Made by a program: the position numbers and the translations under genes | Shown: piece by piece, positions 22,396 to 31,340 of the stretch | Numbering within the stretch: the stretch's first letter is position 1 | Layout of the letters: the number at the start of each line of letters is the position of its first letter | NCBI GenBank assembly: GCA_965195285.1 | Contig: CBDAFS010000039.1 | Location: forward strand, 17,022-81,021 | Direction: 5' to 3' | Source: an uncultured Aminicenantes bacterium | GTDB lineage: Bacteria > Acidobacteriota > Aminicenantia > UBA2199 | DNA: 64,000 nucleotides | The notes under the pieces: generated by a model | Databases searched by the model: none | What the model was told of the DNA's origin: nothing | What the model saw: the letters and a program-made list of their open reading frames with translations, nothing else

Positions 22396-23797
22396 TCAAC
22401 TGCCTCCCCATTTTAATCAATTCAGTGGTCCTTTGCTTCAGGGGTGATTCGGCATAGATACGGAGTAAATGATTGGTACCGGATTCTCGCAATAAAAGCC
22501 AGGATTTTTGAAATATAAATTTGATGCCGTCATCAAATAATATCTCTTTCGGTTTTAAACCATTTACATTAAAATCCCTGTGTTTCAACAGATTCAGGAA
22601 TTTCTTCTTTCTGGACTCATTAACCCTGACCGAAATCTCCTTGCTATATAGCTTTGAAAATTTGAGTGAAAAATTCTTCAGGATCTTATCCATGTCCAAC
22701 TTATAATAAGCCAGCATCTCGGTTACCAATAAGTTAAAAAGAATGCCATCTTTAATGTTGATTCCCTTATTCAGGGAAGCCCCATTAGAACTTTCTACTC
22801 CAATAAATGTTTTTCTTTTGGAAAGCATATCTGCCACATATTTGAATCCCACCGGGGTTGTATAGACTTTTCGAAAATAATAATTGGCAACCCTCTGAAT
22901 ATAGTCTGTGGTGGATATCGATTTGACAATACCGCCCTCCATTTTCCTGATGGTTATCAGGTATTCAATCAGCGGGGGAACAATCATGTTGGCATTGATA
23001 TACTTTCCTTTGGCATTGACAATACCGAACCGATCCCCATCAATATCCGTGGCCACTCCGATATCGGCCTTTTTTTCACACACCAGCTCAGAGAGTTCTC
23101 TTAAATTCTCACTGTTGCACGATGGAATAACCGCACCAAAAGACGAATAGGGAAAATTATGAATACTCTCAATTTCAATATCATTTTTGCTCAACACATA
23201 ATCCAAATATTCCCTGGAAGCGCCATATAAATTGTCCACAACGATCACCACACCTGAATCTCGTATTAAATTAAAATCAATTATGCTTTCAATATAATCA
23301 ATATAAGGACTTCTGAGATCGATAGTTTCAATTAGCTCTTTGTTTGCATATTGGGGTCTGAAATGAAAACCGTGCTGAATCTTCTCCACTTCCTTTTCTA
23401 TCTGATTGGTTTCTGATGGCATTGCAGGGGCCCCATTATGGTTGAAAACCTTAATCCCATTGTATACTGGTTTGTTATAGCTGGCCGTAAAGTTGATGGC
23501 ACCGCAACACCGGTAGCTAACGGTCCCCAGGGAAATAGCAGGGAGCGGGGCATCCCGGATGGAAAAATAAGTTTTTACGCCGAACAATGATAACATTTTC
23601 GCGGTTTCGGAGGCGAATTGCCTGGATAAAAATCGGGTATCATAGTTGACGATGATTTTCAGTTCTTTTCCGGGATATCTTTTTTTCAGGTAATTAAAAT
23701 AGGCCTGGGTGAAAATTCTCACATTTTTAAAGGAGAATTCCCGTCCCATTCTGGCTCGCCAGCCATCGGTTCCGAATTTGATCACTCCCATACTCAA
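22388..23797 (-). CDS. Phosphoglucomutase/phosphomannomutase family protein (alpha-D-phosphohexomutase)
   Basis: GTDGWRA N-terminal motif. Active-site loop FTASYNKP (a variant of TASHNP). Metal loop DIDGDRFG. Sugar-binding GVESSNG. Confidence 0.75.
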   Translation of the reverse strand: MSMGVIKFGTDGWRARMGREFSFKNVRIFTQAYFNYLKKRYPGKELKIIVNYDTRFLSRQFASETAKMLSLFGVKTYFSIRDAPLPAISLGTVSYRCCGAINFTASYNKPVYNGIKVFNHNGAPAMPSETNQIEKEVEKIQHGFHFRPQYANKELIETIDLRSPYIDYIESIIDFNLIRDSGVVIVVDNLYGASREYLDYVLSKNDIEIESIHNFPYSSFGAVIPSCNSENLRELSELVCEKKADIGVATDIDGDRFGIVNAKGKYINANMIVPPLIEYLITIRKMEGGIVKSISTTDYIQRVANYYFRKVYTTPVGFKYVADMLSKRKTFIGVESSNGASLNKGINIKDGILFNLLVTEMLAYYKLDMDKILKNFSLKFSKLYSKEISVRVNESRKKKFLNLLKHRDFNVNGLKPKEILFDDGIKFIFQKSWLLLRESGTNHLLRIYAESPLKQRTTELIKMGRQLIE

Positions 23798-23886
23798 TAG
23801 ATAGTATAAAACCTGAAATTTATCAATTTTACTGCAATTAAGCGGTATTTCGGTTAATACAACAGGGTATTAAACCTTTTCATTCA

Positions 23887-25218
23887 TCAAAAAGGAATAA
23901 AGGAATTCCATCCGTTGGGTAATATTTTGGCCACATCATTCAACAAAACAAACACCATCAGGGCAATGAGTATAATAAATCCGGTGTTGATCAAAATGGC
24001 TTTTACCTTCTGGTTCAATTCTTTTCGAATGACCGCTTCAATCGAATAAATCATCAAATGCCCGCCATCAAGAGCCGGAATTGGAAAAAGATTGATGATT
24101 CCCAATTGGAGGGAAATAAAGGCAATTAAAATAAAAAAATTGGATAAACCGCTTTCCATGGCTTTTTGAGAAAACTTGGCAATTTCAATGGGTCCGGATA
24201 AATTCTTGGGTGACAGCTTACCCACCAACATTTTCTTAAAAGCATTGAAAGTCAGAAAGGTCAGATTGCTCAACTCATCAACACTTTTGCGCATGGATTC
24301 AAAGAAACCATAATTGACAGTCACAGTGGGTGAATGAGGTGTCATCTCAATACCGATGACGCCTTTCTTCTGTACCTTTTTAGGTGTGATATTAAAATCC
24401 AGAATATCCTGATCGCGTTTTACGGTAAATATCAGCAGCTGGTTTGGATTTGAGGCAATAACCTTTCCGATTTCAAAATAGTTTAAATTCTGTCTGTTGA
24501 TGGCCAGAATCACGTCCCCCTTTTTCAATCCGGCATTAATTGCAGGTTCGCTTGGGTTCAGGGTACGAATCTCTGTTTTATGATCCCAGTATAATCCGGC
24601 ATATCCAATATTATATTTGGAGTGGGACTCAATTTCTAACTTGAGGAATAGTTGCTTTCGGTTCCGCTCGACAACCACATCAAGAATCTCATTGGGATTG
24701 GCCCCTATATTCATTTCCAGTTCTTTCCAATTATTGATCTTTCTTTGACCGACAGAGACTATAATATCACCTTTTTTTATTCCCGCTTTAGCTGCAGGAG
24801 ATTCTTTCTCAACAAATCCGATTCGTGGAGGCTCGAACTTATATTGTTCTGCCTCAATTCCGCTGATATTGATAACAGTCAGTATAAAAAAAGATAACAG
24901 TATATTCATGGCCGGTCCCATGATCAGGATAAATATCTTTTGGGCGCGGTTTTTGGACTGGAATTCATGCGGCTTCAGCTCTTCTGAATCATATTCCTCC
25001 TCTCCAGCCATTTTCACAAATCCCCCTAAAGGGATTAAACTCAGTCTGAAATCCGTATGGCCAATTTTTTTCCCGAACAGGCGTTTTCCGATTCCGAAAG
25101 AAAAAACGTCAACTCTTACTTTCATTAAAATCGCTGCTAAATAATGACCCAGTTCATGTACAAATACAATAATACCCAGCACAATGGCAAAAGCTAAAAT
25201 TTGGTATAAAACAATCAT
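23887..25218 (-). CDS. rseP: RIP metalloprotease RseP (site-2 protease) with PDZ domains
   Basis: HELGHYLAA HExxH motif in TM1. Two PDZ-like segments. C-terminal TM. Conserved position downstream of dxr. Confidence 0.85.
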   Translation of the reverse strand: MIVLYQILAFAIVLGIIVFVHELGHYLAAILMKVRVDVFSFGIGKRLFGKKIGHTDFRLSLIPLGGFVKMAGEEEYDSEELKPHEFQSKNRAQKIFILIMGPAMNILLSFFILTVINISGIEAEQYKFEPPRIGFVEKESPAAKAGIKKGDIIVSVGQRKINNWKELEMNIGANPNEILDVVVERNRKQLFLKLEIESHSKYNIGYAGLYWDHKTEIRTLNPSEPAINAGLKKGDVILAINRQNLNYFEIGKVIASNPNQLLIFTVKRDQDILDFNITPKKVQKKGVIGIEMTPHSPTVTVNYGFFESMRKSVDELSNLTFLTFNAFKKMLVGKLSPKNLSGPIEIAKFSQKAMESGLSNFFILIAFISLQLGIINLFPIPALDGGHLMIYSIEAVIRKELNQKVKAILINTGFIILIALMVFVLLNDVAKILPNGWNSFIPF

Positions 25219-26378
25219 TTTGGTTTTCTCCGCTTAATATAATTTGTAGTCTTATTCTTGGTATCCTTAATGGTTTCATCTAAATCATCGAGGGAATGGA
25301 TGGGATAAAACTTTTCACCGTGAAGAATAGTTTCTACCACATCAAATATATCATTGAAAGATATCTCTTCCTTTAAAAAATACTCCGCTGCAACTTCATT
25401 GGCTGCATTGAATACCGCTCCTGCATTTTTTTTCATTTCCAGTACATAATAGGCCAATTCAATAGACCTGAACTTATCCGTATCAACCGGATAGAAGTCA
25501 AATTTCTTTAAATCACTCAGATTCAAACCTTTACTTTCGAAAAATATCCTCTCCGGATAACTTAAAGAATATAAAATCGGAATTCTCATATCTGGCCAGC
25601 TTAATTGAGCGATCAGGGAAGAATCAATAAATTCAACCATTGAATGCACAATGCTCTGCGGATGAATGACCACATCAATTTGATCTTTATTCAAATTAAA
25701 TAGATAATGAGTCTCAATAATTTCCAAGGCCTTATTCATCAAGGTTGCCGAATCCAGTGTGATTTTTGTACCCATAGACCAGGTGGGATGGGTCAGAGCC
25801 TCTTTTACGCTGATCTGAGAAAATTCCCGTTTACTTCTTCTGAAAAAAGGACCCCCCGAAGCAGTCAGTATGACTCTTTTCAAATATTCTTTTTTATTGA
25901 CCCCGATACTCTGAAAAATAGCACTTTGTTCGCTGTCGATTGGGATCAGCTCTGCCCGGGACCGACTCAATTCAAAATTTATCAACTCTCCGGCAGCCAC
26001 CAGTGTTTCCTTGTTGGCCAGGCAAATCCGCTGGTTGTTTCGAATGGAAATTATGGTAGCAGCCAGTGACGACGTTCCGCTAATGGCCGAGATTACCGTA
26101 TCAATCCCATTGTCCGATACAATTTCTTCGATGCCATGATCTCCATAATAAAATTTTTTATCCGGGAAAAGGTTTTCTAATCGATCGGCATCATTTTTAT
26201 ACTTGACACTGATTCGATCCGGGTTGAAAAATTTAATTTGCTCCTGTAATAATTTGATGTTCTCACCGGCAGCAATAGCAACCAGCCGGAACCGATCCCG
26301 GTTGGCATCGATGACGTCCAGTGAATTCCTTCCGATTGAACCGGTGGATCCCAACAGGGCGATATTTTTTAATTTCAT
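25215..26378 (-). CDS. dxr: 1-deoxy-D-xylulose 5-phosphate reductoisomerase
   Basis: N-terminal LGSTGSIG NADPH motif. 387 aa. uppS-cdsA-dxr-rseP synteny. Confidence 0.9.
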   Translation of the reverse strand: MKLKNIALLGSTGSIGRNSLDVIDANRDRFRLVAIAAGENIKLLQEQIKFFNPDRISVKYKNDADRLENLFPDKKFYYGDHGIEEIVSDNGIDTVISAISGTSSLAATIISIRNNQRICLANKETLVAAGELINFELSRSRAELIPIDSEQSAIFQSIGVNKKEYLKRVILTASGGPFFRRSKREFSQISVKEALTHPTWSMGTKITLDSATLMNKALEIIETHYLFNLNKDQIDVVIHPQSIVHSMVEFIDSSLIAQLSWPDMRIPILYSLSYPERIFFESKGLNLSDLKKFDFYPVDTDKFRSIELAYYVLEMKKNAGAVFNAANEVAAEYFLKEEISFNDIFDVVETILHGEKFYPIHSLDDLDETIKDTKNKTTNYIKRRKPK

Positions 26379-26411
26379 ATCCTTACAATTTGTTGATTTC
26401 AGTATTCCCGA

Positions 26412-27215
26412 TTATGCATTCCAAAAAAATAAAATGAGATAATACAGCAATGGAGAACAAAAAATATAACTATCCAAACGGTCAAGAAAACCACCATGAC
26501 CCGGTAATATGGCGCCGGAATCCTTTTGATTGGCGGCTCTCTTAAACAGGGATTCAATCGGATCTGAAAGCTGAGAAAACAGGGCAATCAGGCCTCCGGT
26601 TAAAATTGCCTTCCAAATTTCAACCTCGACTGGAAAAATCAACATGGCCAGCCAGCCGGCCGGAGCAGCTGTAAGTATGGCAGCAATCAAACCCTCCAAG
26701 GTTTTTTTCGGGGATGCAACCGGGTATATTGAGTGTTTGCCCACCCACCTGCCAATGAAATAGGCTCCCGAATCACCAATCAAAATGACAAAAATCAGAA
26801 AAAAAAGATAATTGACTCCCAATTCTCTTAATTTAAAAATAAAGTACAGGGGGATGTAAATATAAAAAACAGTTAAAAAATGGATTCCAATATCCTTGAT
26901 AAAAGCGGATAACTCCTCTGATTTTCTGACAGAAAATAAAAAAAACAGACCGAATCCAAAAACAATCCCCATTATAGACATCATCAAATCAGGTTGGTTG
27001 AAAGTGAAATGTGATGCAATAATCGAACCAAAAATAAATATCAACAACAGGGAATAGGTTTTGGGCTTGCATAGTTTTATGAATTCATAGGCCACTATAC
27101 TGAAGATCAAATAGAGAAACAGGGAAAACAACAAAGAAGGAAGAAATTTTATGCAAACAAAAATAATGGGAATAATAACCATAGCGGTTAGTGTGCGAAC
27201 TGAAGTTTCCTTCAT
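26412..27215 (-). CDS. cdsA: Phosphatidate cytidylyltransferase
   Basis: Multi-TM. C-terminal signature PGHGGFLDRLDS. Confidence 0.85.
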   Translation of the reverse strand: MKETSVRTLTAMVIIPIIFVCIKFLPSLLFSLFLYLIFSIVAYEFIKLCKPKTYSLLLIFIFGSIIASHFTFNQPDLMMSIMGIVFGFGLFFLFSVRKSEELSAFIKDIGIHFLTVFYIYIPLYFIFKLRELGVNYLFFLIFVILIGDSGAYFIGRWVGKHSIYPVASPKKTLEGLIAAILTAAPAGWLAMLIFPVEVEIWKAILTGGLIALFSQLSDPIESLFKRAANQKDSGAILPGHGGFLDRLDSYIFCSPLLYYLILFFWNA

Positions 27216-27970
27216 ATGGCTCCGAACCTCCTTCCCCTTTCCTGATATTCTTTTATTGCCTTTAAATAATCATAAACTTTGAAATCAGGCCAGAGTGTCT
27301 GGGTAAAATACAATTCTGAATAGGCAATTTGATATAATAAAAAATTTGAAATTCGTAGTTCGCCTGAAGTTCTGATCAATAAATCCGGATCAGGGCAGTC
27401 ATGGGTATTCAGGTAGTTTTCAAAAAGTTTCTCATTGATATCGGAAGCAGAAACATTATCAATAATAATCTTTCTAACTGCATTGATAATCTCATTTCGT
27501 GCCCCATAACTTAAAGCCAGGTTAATCTGCAGGTTTTTATAATGGCCTGACATTTTTTCGGTTTCCAATAATTTTTTCCTCAAACGAGGCGGTATTTTCC
27601 CCAAATCACCTATAGTTTTCAGTTTAATCTTGTTTTCACTCAGAATCCCACTTTTCTCAGCCAAGTTTTTATATAGCAAATCCATCAGTTTATTTACTTC
27701 CCTTGGCGGACGTTTCCAGTTTTCACTCGAAAACACAAATAGGGTCAGATATTTAATCCCGATCCGGGAGGAACACTCGGCAATAATCCGGGCGGATTTT
27801 GCCCCTTCCAAATGTCCTTCGATTCTGTTCAGTTTTCGTTTTTTAGCCCAGCGTCCGTTCCCATCCATGATGATGGCCACATGCCGGGGGAGTTTTCTTT
27901 TATTAATTTTCAGGAGCAGATCTTCTTCTCTACTGCCTTCCTTAACAAAAAATTTAAAACGGTTCTGCAT
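27212..27970 (-). CDS. uppS: Undecaprenyl diphosphate synthase (cis-prenyltransferase)
   Basis: HVAIIMDGNGRWA and EGH..GA motifs. The likely start is the internal Met (MQNRFKFF) at 27970 rather than the 28039 ORF start. Confidence 0.85.
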   Translation of the reverse strand: MQNRFKFFVKEGSREEDLLLKINKRKLPRHVAIIMDGNGRWAKKRKLNRIEGHLEGAKSARIIAECSSRIGIKYLTLFVFSSENWKRPPREVNKLMDLLYKNLAEKSGILSENKIKLKTIGDLGKIPPRLRKKLLETEKMSGHYKNLQINLALSYGARNEIINAVRKIIIDNVSASDINEKLFENYLNTHDCPDPDLLIRTSGELRISNFLLYQIAYSELYFTQTLWPDFKVYDYLKAIKEYQERGRRFGAI

Positions 27971-28103
27971 CCAAAAATTATATGTTTTCACCCTGGCTTT
28001 GTCAACACCATTCAACCGACACCATGAGCGGTTTGGCAAACCTGATTTTCCATTCTACAAATAAAATGTAAATTAATGCAGGATGAAGCAATGATTAAAA
28101 AAT

Positions 28104-28132
28104 TTGACAAATTTAAATATCTTATATAAAAT
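28104..28132 (+). promoter_or_regulatory. Candidate sigma70-type promoter (TTGACA-17-TAAAAT) for the cNMP/FHA gene
   Basis: TTGACA at 28104-28109, a 17-nt spacer, TAAAAT at 28127-28132, 12 nt upstream of the ATG at 28145. Confidence 0.4.
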
Positions 28133-28144
28133 GTTATTAATCAT

Positions 28145-28906
28145 ATGGCCATGAAAGGTTCGAAAAAACTGACAACCCACTATAATAAAGGAGATATCAT
28201 CTACAACGTAGGTGATGAACAAAATAATTTCTATATTATCGATAAGGGAAAAGTACAGATACTGCTTGGAGATAACCAGGTGGTTTTGGCCACCCTGGTT
28301 ACCGGTGATTTTTTTGGTGAAGAATCCCTCAATGAAAATCAAAATGCTGCTTATACCATTGAAGTTATCGAAGATTCAGAAATTATAAAAATCTCCTATT
28401 CATCACTGAAGGAAATGATGAATAAGAACCGGGAAATTTCTTTGAAAATTCTCAAAAAATTATCGGATAAAAACCTGAATATTTTCAATAATTTATTGAA
28501 TCTAAAAACCAAATCGGTTACTCCGGAAAAGATTCCCAAAACCAGCGCTGATGAAGAGGAAATCACCTCTGAAAAGCTGAGTCCGGATATAAAAGCCTAC
28601 CTGATCATCCAGCGGTCCAACCGGATCGTTCAACTGACCAAAATTAATACATTCCTGGGTCGCCGTGACTATACCACCGGTTTTATTCCGGATGTGGATT
28701 TAACCAAAGAAGATGAAGAAAAATATATTTCCCGGAAACATTCTAAAATATCTTACTCGGATGGCAAGTTTTTCCTTTCAGAAGAACCGGGTGCAATCAA
28801 CGGGACATTTTTAAACGGGACCAAATTGAATACCGGTGTAAAATACGAACTCAACAATGAAGATGAAGCCACTCTCTGCCACCTCAACATCATTTTCAAA
28901 TACTGA
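28145..28906 (+). CDS. Cyclic-nucleotide-binding domain protein with C-terminal FHA domain
   Basis: N-terminal cNMP-binding fold (FYIIDKGKV..GDFFGEESL). C-terminal FHA motifs (TFLGRRDYTTGF..SRKHSKISY..NGTFLNGTKL). Confidence 0.7.
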   Translation: MAMKGSKKLTTHYNKGDIIYNVGDEQNNFYIIDKGKVQILLGDNQVVLATLVTGDFFGEESLNENQNAAYTIEVIEDSEIIKISYSSLKEMMNKNREISLKILKKLSDKNLNIFNNLLNLKTKSVTPEKIPKTSADEEEITSEKLSPDIKAYLIIQRSNRIVQLTKINTFLGRRDYTTGFIPDVDLTKEDEEKYISRKHSKISYSDGKFFLSEEPGAINGTFLNGTKLNTGVKYELNNEDEATLCHLNIIFKY

Positions 28907-28962
28907 TAGTTCTAATATCGATATACAGAAAAATCAAAAAAAGATAAAAACTCTCATTTATT

Positions 28963-29136
28963 CTATTCTGAAATTTTGATGTGGCCTGAATCGAGTTGCT
29001 GTTGGATGGATTGGGCCATTTCCTTGATGTCATCAAGCGTTTCTTTGATATACAACGGAGTGGTCGGATCACTCAGTATTTCATCCACCTTTTCAATGAT
29101 AACCCGGACTTTCCAGGCCAACTCTTTCTGAATCAT
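28963..29136 (-). CDS. Small hypothetical protein (57 aa)
   Basis: Translated by hand: MIQKELAWKVRVIIEKVDEILSDPTTPLYIKETLDDIKEMAQSIQQQLDSGHIKISE. It looks more protein-like than the overlapping 75-aa plus-strand ORF. Below the 60-aa ORF-track cutoff. Confidence 0.3.
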   Translation of the reverse strand: MIQKELAWKVRVIIEKVDEILSDPTTPLYIKETLDDIKEMAQSIQQQLDSGHIKISE

Positions 29137-29209
29137 TATTACCCCCTGTTTTCATTTTACCGTAAAAACTTTTTTTTTCAACCCTATTGTATTCCGGATC
29201 GACATCATT

Positions 29210-30207
29210 TCATTCAATGTTAAATTCTATATTGGAAGGTCTACAGGTGTTTTTATTCCAGTATTTCTGGATCACTTCCATAAGTTCACTTGAGTTTAAA
29301 TCAATGGTATTCAACGGATCTGGGCCAAACCGAAAATTGAAGGCATCCACCTCTTGACTCCAGGCTGACCATTGTAGTTCCCAGACCCAAAGGGAATAGT
29401 TCATATTAAGATCTTCAAAACATTCCATCTGCTCATCCATGAATCGGGCTGCACCGCATACCCATCTCATAATTCCATACTCATTACAAGCAACCCGTAC
29501 ACCATATTGAGCTTTATAGTTATCAATAACTCCCAATAGGGCATTTAACCAATCTTCATTCACCTGATCCGGTATCCCATCCCAGTCGATATCAAAAAAA
29601 CCCGGATAACAATATTGACCTTCCGGATTCTGATGGGTATAAACAACCGGAGCATATTGATGGACAGTATAAAGTGTCTTGGGATCCGAGACCGGTACAA
29701 CATAGGACAGCCATTCCACAGCGCTATACCCCATTCCCCCGATCAGTATGGGGATATCCACATCAACTTCTCTTATGCCAGAAACAATCCTGGGAAATAA
29801 CTGGTTCCAATCGTAGAGGGTATTTGAATACTGATCATAGAACTCCTCCTGATTCCATAAATTCAACCAGATTTCATTTGAATTGGGTTCCACCATAAGG
29901 TCATAACCAATCAAATACGGACAATCCTTAAAGTGGTAGGCTGTTTGCTTCCACATGTCTACCCAGGCATTCTGCGCATCAGTGTTTACCCAGACATGAT
30001 CATTATAATAACTTTCATCAAACCATTCTCCATCCTCTCCCTAAAAAAAAGTGAACTCACTCCGACCGGGTCCGGTTCCCATGAAATCATTTCCATCAAG
30101 TTCAGGATATACTCTGCGTTGATATATATTGGCTCCCCGTAGCAGGGTTCCCTATTCCCAAAGTTTCCATTTGGAATCAATCTCCCGTATGTTTGTTTCA
30201 TCTTCAC
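29210..30207 (-). pseudogene. Glycoside hydrolase family 5 (cellulase-like), apparently frameshifted in an A8 run
   Basis: ORF 29210..29956 carries GH5 motifs (YDLMVEPNSNE acid/base, HQYAP, VRVACNEYG nucleophile). Its frame extends upstream to a TAG that immediately follows the A8 run at 30043-30050. Upstream ORF 29986..30207 supplies the N-terminal ~70 aa. A ±1 change in the homopolymer gives a ~340-aa enzyme. No signal peptide. Confidence 0.55.
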
Positions 30208-30352
30208 TTTTAAATAACTGACATGAATCCAGGGTAAAAATTAAAAAAACAGATATAGTGCAAAAATAAATTATTTTTATTTTTAAGAAAAACATATCAC
30301 TCGGATTTATCATATAATAAATAATATTTTATTACAAAAGGACTTTGATACA

Positions 30353-30382
30353 TTGCAATAACCGGTTATATCCGGTATAATT
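30353..30382 (+). promoter_or_regulatory. Candidate promoter TTGCAA-17-TATAAT with embedded 10-bp palindrome TAACCGGTTA
   Basis: TTGCAA at 30353-30358. TATAAT at 30376-30381. Perfect palindrome TAACCGGTTA at 30358-30367 in the spacer, a possible operator. Upstream of the EamA ATG at 30420. Confidence 0.35.
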
Positions 30383-30419
30383 GCTGCTTATTTTCATCCC
30401 CTTTGCCAACAGGAAAATC

Positions 30420-31307
30420 ATGATCTATTTAGGTGAAATTCTGGCTCTGAGTGCCGCATTATTCTGGGCCATTGGTGTCATTCTTTTTAAAAAGAGCGGT
30501 GAAAATATGTCACCGTTATCGCTTAACCTATTTAAAAACCTCATCGCCATGGCCCTTTTCATTCCAACCATTCCATTACTTGGCGAGAGCTTTAATCCCG
30601 GTCAGCCTTTATCTGCCTGGATCATGCTGGGATTATCCGGGCTTCTGGGGATCACACTTGCCGATACCCTTTTTTTTATATCACTGAATAAACTGGGCGC
30701 AAGTCTGGTGGCCGTGGTTGACACCTCATATACGCCCTTTCTGCTTTCCATGGGCTATATTTTTTTGGGTGATCGAATCGGACCCATTGCTTTTTTGGGG
30801 GCCTGCCTTATTGTGGCGGGATTGATCATCGGTTCCCTCAGCAAACCTGAACCGGGCCGAACCCGAAAAGATATCCTTATCGGAACCATCATCGGCATAA
30901 CAGGTATATTTACCATGGTGGTGGGGATTATCATTATAAAAGATATTCTCAATAATGCACCGTTGATTTGGGCATCCGGTGTCCGCCTTTTTTTTGGATT
31001 TATGGGTTTAATCCCCATTATATTTTTTAACCGTACCAGGCGTAACCGATTTCTAACCAATTTAAGGCAGCCCCAAACCTGGAAGATAGGAGTTCCGGCT
31101 GCCATCAGCGGATCGTTCCTGGCTATGATCTGCTGGGTGGGCGGATTGAAATACACCGACGTATCCATTGCCGGAATGTTAAACCAGTTATCAACCATTT
31201 TTATCTTTGTACTGGCAATCCTGTTTCTTAAAGAGTCGGTCAGTTGGAAACGGATACTGGCAATATTCTTGTCTTTTTTAGGTGCAGTACTGGTCATTCT
31301 ACGCTAA
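30420..31307 (+). CDS. EamA/DMT-family transporter (10 TM, two EamA repeats)
   Basis: Two homologous 5-TM halves typical of drug/metabolite transporters. ATG at 30420 with an AGGA Shine-Dalgarno site (the ORF-track start at 30381 is a TTG). Confidence 0.7.
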   Translation: MIYLGEILALSAALFWAIGVILFKKSGENMSPLSLNLFKNLIAMALFIPTIPLLGESFNPGQPLSAWIMLGLSGLLGITLADTLFFISLNKLGASLVAVVDTSYTPFLLSMGYIFLGDRIGPIAFLGACLIVAGLIIGSLSKPEPGRTRKDILIGTIIGITGIFTMVVGIIIIKDILNNAPLIWASGVRLFFGFMGLIPIIFFNRTRRNRFLTNLRQPQTWKIGVPAAISGSFLAMICWVGGLKYTDVSIAGMLNQLSTIFIFVLAILFLKESVSWKRILAIFLSFLGAVLVILR

Positions 31308-31340
31308 AATATTATTCCTATTCACATCATGGGTTTGCAA

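Noticed and set aside
28996-29223. 75-aa plus-strand ORF between the FHA gene and GH5
   Set aside because: Low-complexity, unprotein-like translation. The opposite strand encodes a more plausible 57-aa protein, so this was treated as an antisense shadow.
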